Assembly: GCA_042091225.1 (NCBI GenBank)
Contig: JBELHW010000007.1
Location: 1-59,151, forward strand
Reading direction: 5' to 3'
DNA: 59,151 bases
Origin: Cryomorphaceae bacterium
GTDB lineage: Bacteria > Bacteroidota > Bacteroidia > Flavobacteriales > UBA7312
The notes beneath the pieces were generated by a model, which was not told the origin of the DNA, did no database searches, and worked only from the letters and a program-made list of their open reading frames with translations. Position 1 is the stretch's first letter, and each line of letters starts with the position of its first letter. The position numbers were made by a program, and so were the translations under genes. Positions 10,687-19,321 of this stretch are shown piece by piece.

Positions 10687-10702
10687 TGTTCCACGTGAAA
10701 CA
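10687..10702. promoter_or_regulatory. parS: parS centromere-like site (ParB binding)
   Basis: TGTTCCACGTGAAACA, one mismatch to the palindromic consensus TGTTTCACGTGAAACA, immediately after the mnmG stop. Confidence 0.88.
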
Positions 10703-10710
10703 ATAAAGCA

Positions 10711-11592
10711 ATGAAACAAATAAAAAGTTGCCCAAACTGCGATCAAAAAAATTTTACAACTCAAATAAAATGTACAGATCATACTGTATCTAAAGCCAGT
10801 TTTACATTGTCACAATGCACAAGTTGCGAATTAATTTTTACTAACCCAAGACCAGCAGAGAAAGAACTTGGGACATACTATAAATCGGAGGAATACATTT
10901 CTCACACCAACAATAAGAAAGGCTGGTTTAACAAACTATATCAGCTAGCCAGAAAAATAAATATAAAATCAAAACTAAACATTATAGGAAACCTAAAGGG
11001 AGAGCTATTAGAAATAGGATCTGGAACGGGTGACCTTTTAAATGCATGTAAAAAAGTAGGTTGGAGCGTTAAAGGAGTAGAACCAAATTTGACAGCTAGA
11101 AATAACGCCAAACAAAACTTCGGTTTAGATCTGTTTGAAACACTAGAACAAGCCAAAATAGAGGATAAAAGCCAAGACACTATAATGATGTGGCACGTGT
11201 TAGAACATGTGCCAAACCTAAAAGAAATAACACAGAAAATAAATAATCTTCTTAACGATTCAGGAAAACTAATAATAGCTGTTCCTAATCACGAAAGTTT
11301 AGACGCAAAATATTACAAACAACACTGGGCAGCATACGATGTTCCAAGACACCTTTTACATTTTAACAAAAAAAGCATGGCAAATACTTTAAAAAATGCT
11401 GGATTTGAAATTATAAATATTAAACCAATGACGCTAGACTCATTCTATGTGTCAATGCTAAGCGAAAAAATAAGAAGCGGGAATAAAAACCCAATAAAAG
11501 CAATAACTATTGGAATGACATCAAACATATACTCCTTTTTATTCAACAAAGAGTACTCAAGTCTAATTTATATCGCCAAGAAGCGATTATAA
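10711..11592 (+). CDS. Class I SAM-dependent methyltransferase with N-terminal Zn-binding CxxC pairs
   Basis: 'CPNC...CTSC', 'LLEIGSGTG' motif I, 'MWHVLEHV', 'YDVPRHL'. Confidence 0.9.
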   Translation: MKQIKSCPNCDQKNFTTQIKCTDHTVSKASFTLSQCTSCELIFTNPRPAEKELGTYYKSEEYISHTNNKKGWFNKLYQLARKINIKSKLNIIGNLKGELLEIGSGTGDLLNACKKVGWSVKGVEPNLTARNNAKQNFGLDLFETLEQAKIEDKSQDTIMMWHVLEHVPNLKEITQKINNLLNDSGKLIIAVPNHESLDAKYYKQHWAAYDVPRHLLHFNKKSMANTLKNAGFEIINIKPMTLDSFYVSMLSEKIRSGNKNPIKAITIGMTSNIYSFLFNKEYSSLIYIAKKRL

Positions 11593-11702
11593 GCGTTTTA
11601 AGCACACTTAAAGCTTGAAAAGACAAATACCATTAAAAAAAAGAGTTGTTGCCTAACTGACGTCACCAGAAGCTAAGCTTTAACTTGCTGATTATCAGTG
11701 TA

Positions 11703-12503
11703 TTAAATAATTTGCACGCTAGGACACCAAAAAGTTCTCCTATTGTCTTTTGTTATTTCACTACTAACCGCCAACTTGTCTTCAGTTAAAGATTTACCAT
11801 AAATTAATAAGTTTAAGTCTGGAGCGTTTGAAGGGTTTTTAAAATCTCGTAATTGGGCTCCGCCGCCTTTGTATGACTTAAGCAGCATAAGTTTGGTCAT
11901 TTTACAAATATTAAGAATGTCCTCAAAACTTAGATTATTCCATAATTTATGGGGATGAATTTTTGACACAAATAAGATCTCGGATTTTAAATAATTTCCA
12001 ACTCCGCAAAAATAACGCTGGTCTAAAAGAACTTTACAAACTTCTTTTGAGGTTTTGAGAGTAGTTTTAAGAAATTTTGCATAAGCAATAAGATCAATCT
12101 CATAATTAAGAAAGTCTCCATTAAAAAATTCGTTATTAGGCAAAGAAGAATTACTGAGTAGTTTAATGTTTCCGAAACGCCTAGTGTCATGAAAATAAAA
12201 AAACAATCCAGAATCTGTGGTAAATCGCAAATGAGCGTGGACCTTCTTTTGAGTAGACCAATAACCGGTCATCCCTAAGTGATAGGAAAAGTAAAAAGAA
12301 TTACTGAGCTTAATGAAAGTTGCCTTCCCTAGACAGAAAGAAGCGGTAAAATTAAAAGGTAAAAAGGATTGCAAAGAATCAACCAAGGAGCCGTATTTTA
12401 TTTGATAAGGAATCGAAACACAATCGATGTTAGTAATGATATTACCATCTAAAACTTCATTTAGATAATCAGACATGATCTTAACCTCAGGACCTTCGGG
12501 CAT
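11703..12503 (-). CDS. Fpg/Nei-family DNA glycosylase/AP lyase, zincless-finger type
   Basis: N-terminal catalytic 'MPEGPEV', 'HLGMTG', 'DTRRFG', H2TH 'LLDQRYFCGVGNYLKSEIL', C-terminal 'RRTFWCPSVQ' without the four-Cys zinc finger. Confidence 0.9.
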   Translation of the reverse strand: MPEGPEVKIMSDYLNEVLDGNIITNIDCVSIPYQIKYGSLVDSLQSFLPFNFTASFCLGKATFIKLSNSFYFSYHLGMTGYWSTQKKVHAHLRFTTDSGLFFYFHDTRRFGNIKLLSNSSLPNNEFFNGDFLNYEIDLIAYAKFLKTTLKTSKEVCKVLLDQRYFCGVGNYLKSEILFVSKIHPHKLWNNLSFEDILNICKMTKLMLLKSYKGGGAQLRDFKNPSNAPDLNLLIYGKSLTEDKLAVSSEITKDNRRTFWCPSVQII

Positions 12504-13091
12504 TTAATAGAATTTACTTAATTTCTCTCTAGCTTTTTGAAGCTTAGGAGCTATAACAGCCCTACAGTAAGGCTGAGAAGGATTTAGTTTATAATATTCT
12601 TGGTGGTAGTCTTCAGCATGATAAAAAGCTTCAAACTTTTTTACTTCTGTTACAATTTTACCATCAAAATATTCTTTATTATAATAAGAAACTAAAGATT
12701 CGACTTTAGATTTTTCAAAGTCGTTTTGATATAAAACAATTGATCTATAATGCGACCCTACATCATACCCTTGTCGATTGAGAGTAGTTGGGTCGTGTAC
12801 CAGAAAAAAGATTTCTAAAAGATTGTCTAAGCTAATTACAGTCGAATCATAATTAATTTGACAGACCTCAGCATGATTAGTGCGACCACTAACAACTTCT
12901 TTGTATGCAGGGTTTTTAATGTCACCTCCAGAAAAACCACTAACCACAGAATGAACCCCTTTAGCATCTTCAAACGCTGCCTCTATACACCAAAAACAAC
13001 CTCCTCCCAAAACAATGGAATTAGTAAACTTAGAATCATTTTGAGCTACAGACATATTGGTTAAAATTAAAAATAAAACAACGTATTTCAT
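12504..13091 (-). CDS. msrA: Peptide-methionine (S)-S-oxide reductase MsrA with signal peptide
   Basis: 'GGGCFWCIE', 'HDPTTLNRQG', 'AEDYHQEYY'; start reassigned to MKYVVLF (13091) because the tracked start overlaps tRNA-Arg. Confidence 0.95.
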   Translation of the reverse strand: MKYVVLFLILTNMSVAQNDSKFTNSIVLGGGCFWCIEAAFEDAKGVHSVVSGFSGGDIKNPAYKEVVSGRTNHAEVCQINYDSTVISLDNLLEIFFLVHDPTTLNRQGYDVGSHYRSIVLYQNDFEKSKVESLVSYYNKEYFDGKIVTEVKKFEAFYHAEDYHQEYYKLNPSQPYCRAVIAPKLQKAREKLSKFY

Positions 13092-13148
13092 AACTAAGAT
13101 TTTAATAATAAACTTTAAACGAAATATATAATAACAAAGTATAAAATG

Positions 13149-13222
13149 TGACCTCGGAGGGACTCGAACCCCCAACCATCAGAGCCGAAATCTGACATTC
13201 TATCCAGTTGAACTACGAAGCC
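13149..13222 (-). tRNA. tRNA-Arg (UCG)
   Basis: Reverse complement GGCTTCGTAGTTCAACTGGATAGAATGTCAGATTTCGGCTCTGATGGTTGGGGGTTCGAGTCCCTCCGAGGTCA; anticodon stem TCAGA/TCTGA, loop TT-TCG-GC; TATCTTTG box at 13233-13240. Confidence 0.94.
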
Positions 13223-13310
13223 TAAACAGCAACAAAGATACGTTACAAAAAATATTAGTACAATAAAAGACAGTCAAATTTGTTATCTTTTTTGTTAGTA
13301 TTTTGCAACT

Positions 13311-15599
13311 ATGAAAAATAGCATTTTCTTAATCGTTACTTTCTTGTGTCTAAATGGGTTTAGTCAAGATATAGAAATTGGCCAATGGAGAGATTATCTT
13401 CCCTATAATTCTGGCCAATATGTAGAGAAAATGAATAGTAAAATATATATCGCTACACAAAACAGTCTCTTTTATTACCATCTGAATGACAACACTTTAA
13501 ACAGATTGTCAAAAACAAACGGACTTTCAGATGTTAATATAAGCGTAATGAAAAAGTCGCTAAACGATGATTTAATTATTGTTGCTTATCAGAACGCAAG
13601 TATTGATATTATTTCACAAGATGGTATAGAAAATATATCGGATATAAAAAGAGCAAATATCATTGGCTTAAAATCGATTAACAATATTGCTTTCTATGGC
13701 CAAGAAGCATATTTATCATGCTCGTTTGGCATTGTTCAACTTGATTTAGAAAAAAATGAAGTCAAAAGCACTTATTTTTTAAATAAAAATCAAAACTTGT
13801 CTGTAAACGACTTAGTGTTTTATAACGATACTATTTTTGCTGCCACTGACTCAGGAATTTATAAAGGAGGAATTGAGAATAATTTGAACGATTACAGAAT
13901 GTGGCACCCAATACCAAATGCACAAAAGATAACCGAAATAGAGCTAAGTCAAAATACAATTTACTACACACAATTATCCGACTCTATTTTTAGCTTGGTC
14001 AATGGACAAGGCTCCTTTATTGCAGAAGAGCAATACTTAAGGAAGATAAAAGTAATAGAAGAACAACTGTATGTTCTATCCAGAAGTAAACTCAAGAAAC
14101 TTAACTCTACAGGCCTAGAACTCTTGTCCGAATCTTCCTTTCTATATAAAGCTAATGATGTAATTAAAGAGGAATCAAACTTCTGGATTGCGGACGGAGG
14201 AAGCGCACTAATTTTAGTAGATGAACTAAATAATTATCGCCAATTTAAACCTGAAGGGCCCGAATCTGACTTTGTTTTTTCATTAAGTGTTTCTGAAAAC
14301 AACTTATTTGTATCTCCAGGAGGAATTTCGATTATTTGGAACAACAACAATACCTACAAAGGTTTTTATTGGTTCGACAGCTATTCTTGGAATAATTTAA
14401 ATTATAACCAATTAGGAGAGACCGACATTAGAGACATTACTACCATTTTACAAGGGCCTAGTCAGTCTCTGTTTTTGGCTACTTGGAACGATGGGATTAT
14501 CCAGTTAAAAAAAGAGCAAAACGGCTATGAATACGATAAAAGCCATAATTTCTTTACAACTAACGGCCAAATACAAAGCTTGAGCCCCGAGCCTAGCTCA
14601 AGCTCTTATGGAAGATTAAGGATTAAGGGATTGGTTTTTGACAATAATGGAGATTTATGGGCTACTAACTCTTTAGTTGAAAAAGGATTGACCAGGATGG
14701 ACCCACAAGGACAATGGCAGTCTTACAAAATTAAAAGTTATAACACACTTAACGACCATCTTGGGGATCTTATAATTGACGATTACAATCAAAAATGGTT
14801 TTATGTTGCAAAAGGAGGAGGCTTGTTAGTTTATAATGACAATAGCACGCCTGAATTAGAAAACGACGATAACGACATTCACCTAACTACTACCGCTGGT
14901 CAAGGTGGTCTGCCCTCAAACTCCATCTATTCTTTAGCAAAAGACTTAGAAGGTCAAATTTGGATAGGTACAGATAAAGGGCTCGCTGTTTTTTACGATC
15001 CTCAAAATATTTTTAATGAGAATATTATAGATGCTCAACAAGTTTTAGTAGAAGTAGATGGCTACGTAGAGCCAATACTTAACAACGAATCTATTACTGC
15101 AATCGCAATTGATGGAGCTAATAGAAAATGGTTTGGAACTCAAAGCTCTGGATTATTTGTTTATAGTAGCGATGGCTCAGAACAATTGCAACATTTTACC
15201 GAAAATAATAGCCCACTTTTTTCAAACAGCATTAGCTCACTTGCTATAAATCAAGAAAATGGAGAAGTATTTGTTGGCACAAGTAAAGGACTTATCTCTT
15301 ATCGAAGTGGAGCCATTGAAGGAGGCGATACTCATTCGGATGTTTTAGTTTATCCTAATCCGGTAAGAGAAAATTATGATGGGCCAATTGCCATAAAAGG
15401 CTTAGTAAAAGATGCGAATGTTAAAATCACTGACATTAACGGAAGCCTTGTTAGCGAACTCACTGCACTAGGTGGACAAGCAGTATGGGACGGTAAAAAT
15501 GGGGATGGAATAAAAGCAAGTACTGGAGTATATTTAGTGTTTACAACCAATTCTAACGGAACAGAAACAAATGTTGCTAAAATACTATTGATTAAATAA
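13311..15599 (+). CDS. porZ: T9SS component PorZ (two beta-propellers plus C-terminal domain)
   Basis: 'IGQWRDYLPY' N-terminus, 'IAIDGANRKWFGT', C-terminal 'VYPNPVRENYDG...KITDINGSLV...WDGK...TGVYLVF'; upstream of recO as is usual. Confidence 0.88.
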   Translation: MKNSIFLIVTFLCLNGFSQDIEIGQWRDYLPYNSGQYVEKMNSKIYIATQNSLFYYHLNDNTLNRLSKTNGLSDVNISVMKKSLNDDLIIVAYQNASIDIISQDGIENISDIKRANIIGLKSINNIAFYGQEAYLSCSFGIVQLDLEKNEVKSTYFLNKNQNLSVNDLVFYNDTIFAATDSGIYKGGIENNLNDYRMWHPIPNAQKITEIELSQNTIYYTQLSDSIFSLVNGQGSFIAEEQYLRKIKVIEEQLYVLSRSKLKKLNSTGLELLSESSFLYKANDVIKEESNFWIADGGSALILVDELNNYRQFKPEGPESDFVFSLSVSENNLFVSPGGISIIWNNNNTYKGFYWFDSYSWNNLNYNQLGETDIRDITTILQGPSQSLFLATWNDGIIQLKKEQNGYEYDKSHNFFTTNGQIQSLSPEPSSSSYGRLRIKGLVFDNNGDLWATNSLVEKGLTRMDPQGQWQSYKIKSYNTLNDHLGDLIIDDYNQKWFYVAKGGGLLVYNDNSTPELENDDNDIHLTTTAGQGGLPSNSIYSLAKDLEGQIWIGTDKGLAVFYDPQNIFNENIIDAQQVLVEVDGYVEPILNNESITAIAIDGANRKWFGTQSSGLFVYSSDGSEQLQHFTENNSPLFSNSISSLAINQENGEVFVGTSKGLISYRSGAIEGGDTHSDVLVYPNPVRENYDGPIAIKGLVKDANVKITDINGSLVSELTALGGQAVWDGKNGDGIKASTGVYLVFTTNSNGTETNVAKILLIK

Positions 15600-16286
15600 A
15601 TGTATCATCAAACAAAAGGCATAGTAATTAGTAGCACAAAATATGGCGAAACCAGTATTATTTGTAAAGTTTACACCCAAGATTTTGGGCTACAAACATA
15701 TATTATTAATGGGGTAAGAAAGAAAAAAGGCAAAAGCATATATTATCAGGCGCTAAGTCTTTTGGAGCTTACTGTGTACCACAAAGAAAAAAACAGCCTC
15801 CAAAGAATTAAAGAAGCAAAACCAATCTATCAATACCAAAGCCTTCCATACCAAGTCGAAAAAAGCAGTATTGCCTTTTTTGTAGCAGAAGTATTGCAAA
15901 AATGTTTAAAAGAAGAAGAAGAAAATATTCCATTATTTAATTTTATCTGGCAATCGCTAATAAGTCTAGACACACAAAAGATAGATAACCAATTTCACCT
16001 TCACTTTTTAATTCAGTTAAGCACTTATTTAGGTTTCTTTCCAAATACATTTGACCAAAATGGCCGTTTTTTTGACATGATAAACGGTACATTTGAAAAC
16101 AAAAAACCAGAACACAAACACTATTTCGAAAACACAGAACCTTTATTAAAATTAATAAATGGAGAGTCGGTTGCAAAAAAAAACAAACGATTTATCCTTC
16201 AAAAATTAATTGAATATTATCGTTTACACATCGAAAACTTTTCTCAGCTTAAAACTTTAGATGTACTAGAAACTATTTTTAACTAA
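15600..16286 (+). CDS. recO: DNA repair protein RecO
   Basis: 'TKGIVI...KYGETSIICKVYT..FG', 'YLGFFP', 'FFDMING.F'. Confidence 0.92.
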   Translation: MYHQTKGIVISSTKYGETSIICKVYTQDFGLQTYIINGVRKKKGKSIYYQALSLLELTVYHKEKNSLQRIKEAKPIYQYQSLPYQVEKSSIAFFVAEVLQKCLKEEEENIPLFNFIWQSLISLDTQKIDNQFHLHFLIQLSTYLGFFPNTFDQNGRFFDMINGTFENKKPEHKHYFENTEPLLKLINGESVAKKNKRFILQKLIEYYRLHIENFSQLKTLDVLETIFN

Positions 16287-18382
16287 TGAAATACTTTTTA
16301 CTCCTTTTATTTCCTTTCAGTTTGTTTGCTCAAGACACTATACAAATACCAAATTTGTTGCCAGAAATTATTTTTCTAGAACAAAAAAAAGAGCAGGAAA
16401 GATTATACAATCCCCAACAAATTGTAGAAATAAATCAGAAAAAAATTAGCCAATTATTAGCGACAACAACTGCGGATGTACTTCAAAAGTCGGGCGAAGT
16501 AGTAATACAACAAAGCCAATCGGGAGGAGGAAGCCCGATAGTTCGAGGCTTTGAAGCTAATAGAGTTTTATTAGTAGTTGACGGGGTACGAATGAACAAC
16601 GCTATTTTTAGATCTGGACATTTGCAAAACAGCATTAGCACAAGCCCTAATATGTTAGCGAAAATAGATGTTATCTTCGGACCTGCTTCGGTAAAATACG
16701 GAAGCGATGCTCTAGGTGGAGTAATACATATTCATAGTAAATCGCCAAGCTACAATCAAGAAAAAAAAACTAATTTTAGTCAAAAATACAGCAGCGCTAA
16801 CCAAGGGGTTAGTCTTCACATCGATCATAGCTGGAGCAAAAAAAATTGGAGTTATTTGAGTGCTATTACTATAAATAAATTCGGAAATTTAAAAATGGGT
16901 GCCAACAGACTGCATGGCTATCAAGATTGGGGCAGGCAAACCCATATCACACAAGGAAAAACCCAACTTAAAACCGACTACAACCAAATTGACTGGATAC
17001 AAAAATTTAGATACGACGGCACTAAAAACTGGAGTCACCTAATAAATCTACAATATTCGAGCACTACTAATTTAGATCGCTTCGATAAGCTAAACGATTT
17101 GTCTGGGGGAATCCCAAAGTTTGAACAATGGTATTATGGTCCACAAAAAAGATTGCTTTCTGCTGTCGCGTCTCAATACAACCAAAAACACTTGTTATTT
17201 GATGAGTTTAACAACCATGTATCTTTTCAAATTTTCCATGAAAGCAGGCATTCTAAAAAGTTTGGAGAAAACTTAAACGAACGTTTCGAAAAAGTTTTTG
17301 TTTTGTCAAACACTAGCGATTTTATTAAAAATATAGGCTACAATGTGCTAAACTACGGTGTCGATTTTCAAAACAATATAGTTAATTCTACAGCTAATCA
17401 GGCAACAGCAACAAGGTATGCCGACGGAGGTAGCCAAATGCAATTGTTTTCCGTCTATGGTCAATATAAAATGCCATACGGATTGTCGTCTAATTATGTT
17501 AGCGCCGGATTGAGATACAATTTCAGTGCTTTACAAGCCAACTTTATAGATACGGCAACATATTCTCTGCATTTTAGCAAAATAGACGTAAAGAACCAAG
17601 CAATTACTGCAAGCGTAGGATGGAAAGCAGCAATAAATAAAAAATTACAAATGGGTGCTTCTTTGAGCTCTGGTTTCAGAAGTCCTAATGTAGATGATGT
17701 CACAAAAGTATTTGAAAAATCGGGTCTTGTAACAGTTCCAAACAATAAATTAAAGCCAGAGTATAGCTACAACGCAGAGCTAAACCTGAGTGCTAAAATG
17801 AATAAAAATTGGGATTGGAATTTAAGCGCATATTATACCATTTTAGAAGATGCAATTATAAAACAAGCTTTTACTCTAAATAATCAGGATAGTATATGGT
17901 ACGATGGGGAATATTTACCTATTGTAGCCAATCAAAATGAACAGCAGGCAAGAATATATGGTTTTTACGCCAAAACAAACATTAGCTTATCTCAAAATTG
18001 GAATTGGACAAATACAATAAATAAAACAATAGGAATAATTCAAGAAGCACAAAGTCCGCTAGACCATATCCCTCCTTTATTTGCTAAATCGGAATTACAA
18101 TGGAAAAAAAATAAACATAGCATTAGTTTTTATAGCTTATTCAACGATTGGAAAAGAGTCGATGAGTATAGCAATAACGGAAGCGATAATTTAAACGAAG
18201 CAACCGAAGATGGCAACCCTAGGTGGTGGACATTAAACTTAAGTTATGTAGCAAAAATCAGCACGACAACAACTGTGCAGTTGGCTTTAGAAAATATATT
18301 AGACGTACATTATAAAACTTATTCGAGTGCAATAAGTAGCCCAGGAAGAAACGTTATAATTAGCCTTAATTCTTCTTTTTAG
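16286..18382 (+). CDS. TonB-dependent outer-membrane receptor
   Basis: Plug 'GGGSPIVRGFEANRVLLVVDGVRMN', 'GPASVKYGSDALGGVI', 'GFRSPNVDD', terminal Phe. Confidence 0.92.
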   Translation: MKYFLLLLFPFSLFAQDTIQIPNLLPEIIFLEQKKEQERLYNPQQIVEINQKKISQLLATTTADVLQKSGEVVIQQSQSGGGSPIVRGFEANRVLLVVDGVRMNNAIFRSGHLQNSISTSPNMLAKIDVIFGPASVKYGSDALGGVIHIHSKSPSYNQEKKTNFSQKYSSANQGVSLHIDHSWSKKNWSYLSAITINKFGNLKMGANRLHGYQDWGRQTHITQGKTQLKTDYNQIDWIQKFRYDGTKNWSHLINLQYSSTTNLDRFDKLNDLSGGIPKFEQWYYGPQKRLLSAVASQYNQKHLLFDEFNNHVSFQIFHESRHSKKFGENLNERFEKVFVLSNTSDFIKNIGYNVLNYGVDFQNNIVNSTANQATATRYADGGSQMQLFSVYGQYKMPYGLSSNYVSAGLRYNFSALQANFIDTATYSLHFSKIDVKNQAITASVGWKAAINKKLQMGASLSSGFRSPNVDDVTKVFEKSGLVTVPNNKLKPEYSYNAELNLSAKMNKNWDWNLSAYYTILEDAIIKQAFTLNNQDSIWYDGEYLPIVANQNEQQARIYGFYAKTNISLSQNWNWTNTINKTIGIIQEAQSPLDHIPPLFAKSELQWKKNKHSISFYSLFNDWKRVDEYSNNGSDNLNEATEDGNPRWWTLNLSYVAKISTTTTVQLALENILDVHYKTYSSAISSPGRNVIISLNSSF

Positions 18383-19319
18383 AACTTTCTAAAATAATCT
18401 CCAAAATCTGAAGGTCATTTCGTTTATTTTTGCCAGGATTGAATAAAAAAGCATCGCTAACAAAAACAACATTTCGAACGCTATCGACTACAAAATTAGT
18501 TATGGCAGGACCGCCCATAAAAGCATTCTCCATTTTCCAAAGACTTTTAACTCCTAAGCCTTTATCACTATAGCTTTTTTGGGCTAAATAAAGTGGCTCT
18601 AAAGACATGTAAGAGCCTTCTTGCTCTCCCAGCACATTCTGAGCCAAAACACTATCTCGGGCCTCTAATAAGCGCTCGGAATTTGGCCAATAAGATAAGG
18701 GTAACTGATACAACAGTAGAGCGGAAATAATCTCTTTGTCTTTAGGGCTGTACTCAAACCAACTAAAGTCATCGCTGTCTTTGACTAAACCATAATCTTT
18801 AGGAATAGAGAAATGATAGCCGAATTTATCGAAAACAGAGTTAAACTGAGAAGAAAAATACATCTTACTTCGAATTCTACTTTTTTCTACTTGCTGAATT
18901 TGGTGTAAAATAACAGGAGAGTATTCTTTTAAAACACCAATTAAATCTTTGCTATTTTTATAACTTATCTTAGCAAAATACTGGGCTTCAGAATATAAGT
19001 CTGATCCGGAAACAAACTTAGTAGAGTTCCCTTGCTCAATAAGTATAAGGTTGCGGTGGGTTTGAAACAAACGACTCATCGATTGGCTAGGAATTTGAAC
19101 CAAATCTAAAGATGACTCTTGCCAAGAAATACCAACAATTGGTGCTTGCAAACTTTGCTTTAAAATTTGGCCCGCTTCCGAATCGAAAAGAGCATTGTCC
19201 ATCACTACAACTACCTCATTTACAGCGCCTGTGTAGGTGGGTAAAACTGAAGGACTTGTATTGTCAAAAGAACAGGAAAAAAAACAAAAACTTAAAACAA
19301 ATAATAGTATGTTTTTCAT
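18366..19319 (-). CDS. DUF4837-like lipoprotein
   Basis: Lipobox FFSC, 'TGAVNEVVVV', 'LWKMENAFMGGP', 'PGKNKR'; next to mltD. Confidence 0.75.
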   Translation of the reverse strand: MKNILLFVLSFCFFSCSFDNTSPSVLPTYTGAVNEVVVVMDNALFDSEAGQILKQSLQAPIVGISWQESSLDLVQIPSQSMSRLFQTHRNLILIEQGNSTKFVSGSDLYSEAQYFAKISYKNSKDLIGVLKEYSPVILHQIQQVEKSRIRSKMYFSSQFNSVFDKFGYHFSIPKDYGLVKDSDDFSWFEYSPKDKEIISALLLYQLPLSYWPNSERLLEARDSVLAQNVLGEQEGSYMSLEPLYLAQKSYSDKGLGVKSLWKMENAFMGGPAITNFVVDSVRNVVFVSDAFLFNPGKNKRNDLQILEIILESSKKKN

Positions 19320-19321
19320 GT

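Noticed and set aside
11189-11204. Possible second parS (TGTGGCACGTGTTAGA)
   Set aside because: Five mismatches to consensus, and explained by the conserved MWHVLE codons
13092-13175. N-terminal extension of MsrA in the ORF track
   Set aside because: It overlaps tRNA-Arg; the signal peptide begins at MKYVVLF (13091)
2970-13240. tRNA-Cys and tRNA-Arg as island integration sites
   Set aside because: No integrase, transposase or duplicated tRNA 3' end was seen, and the flanks are mostly core genes
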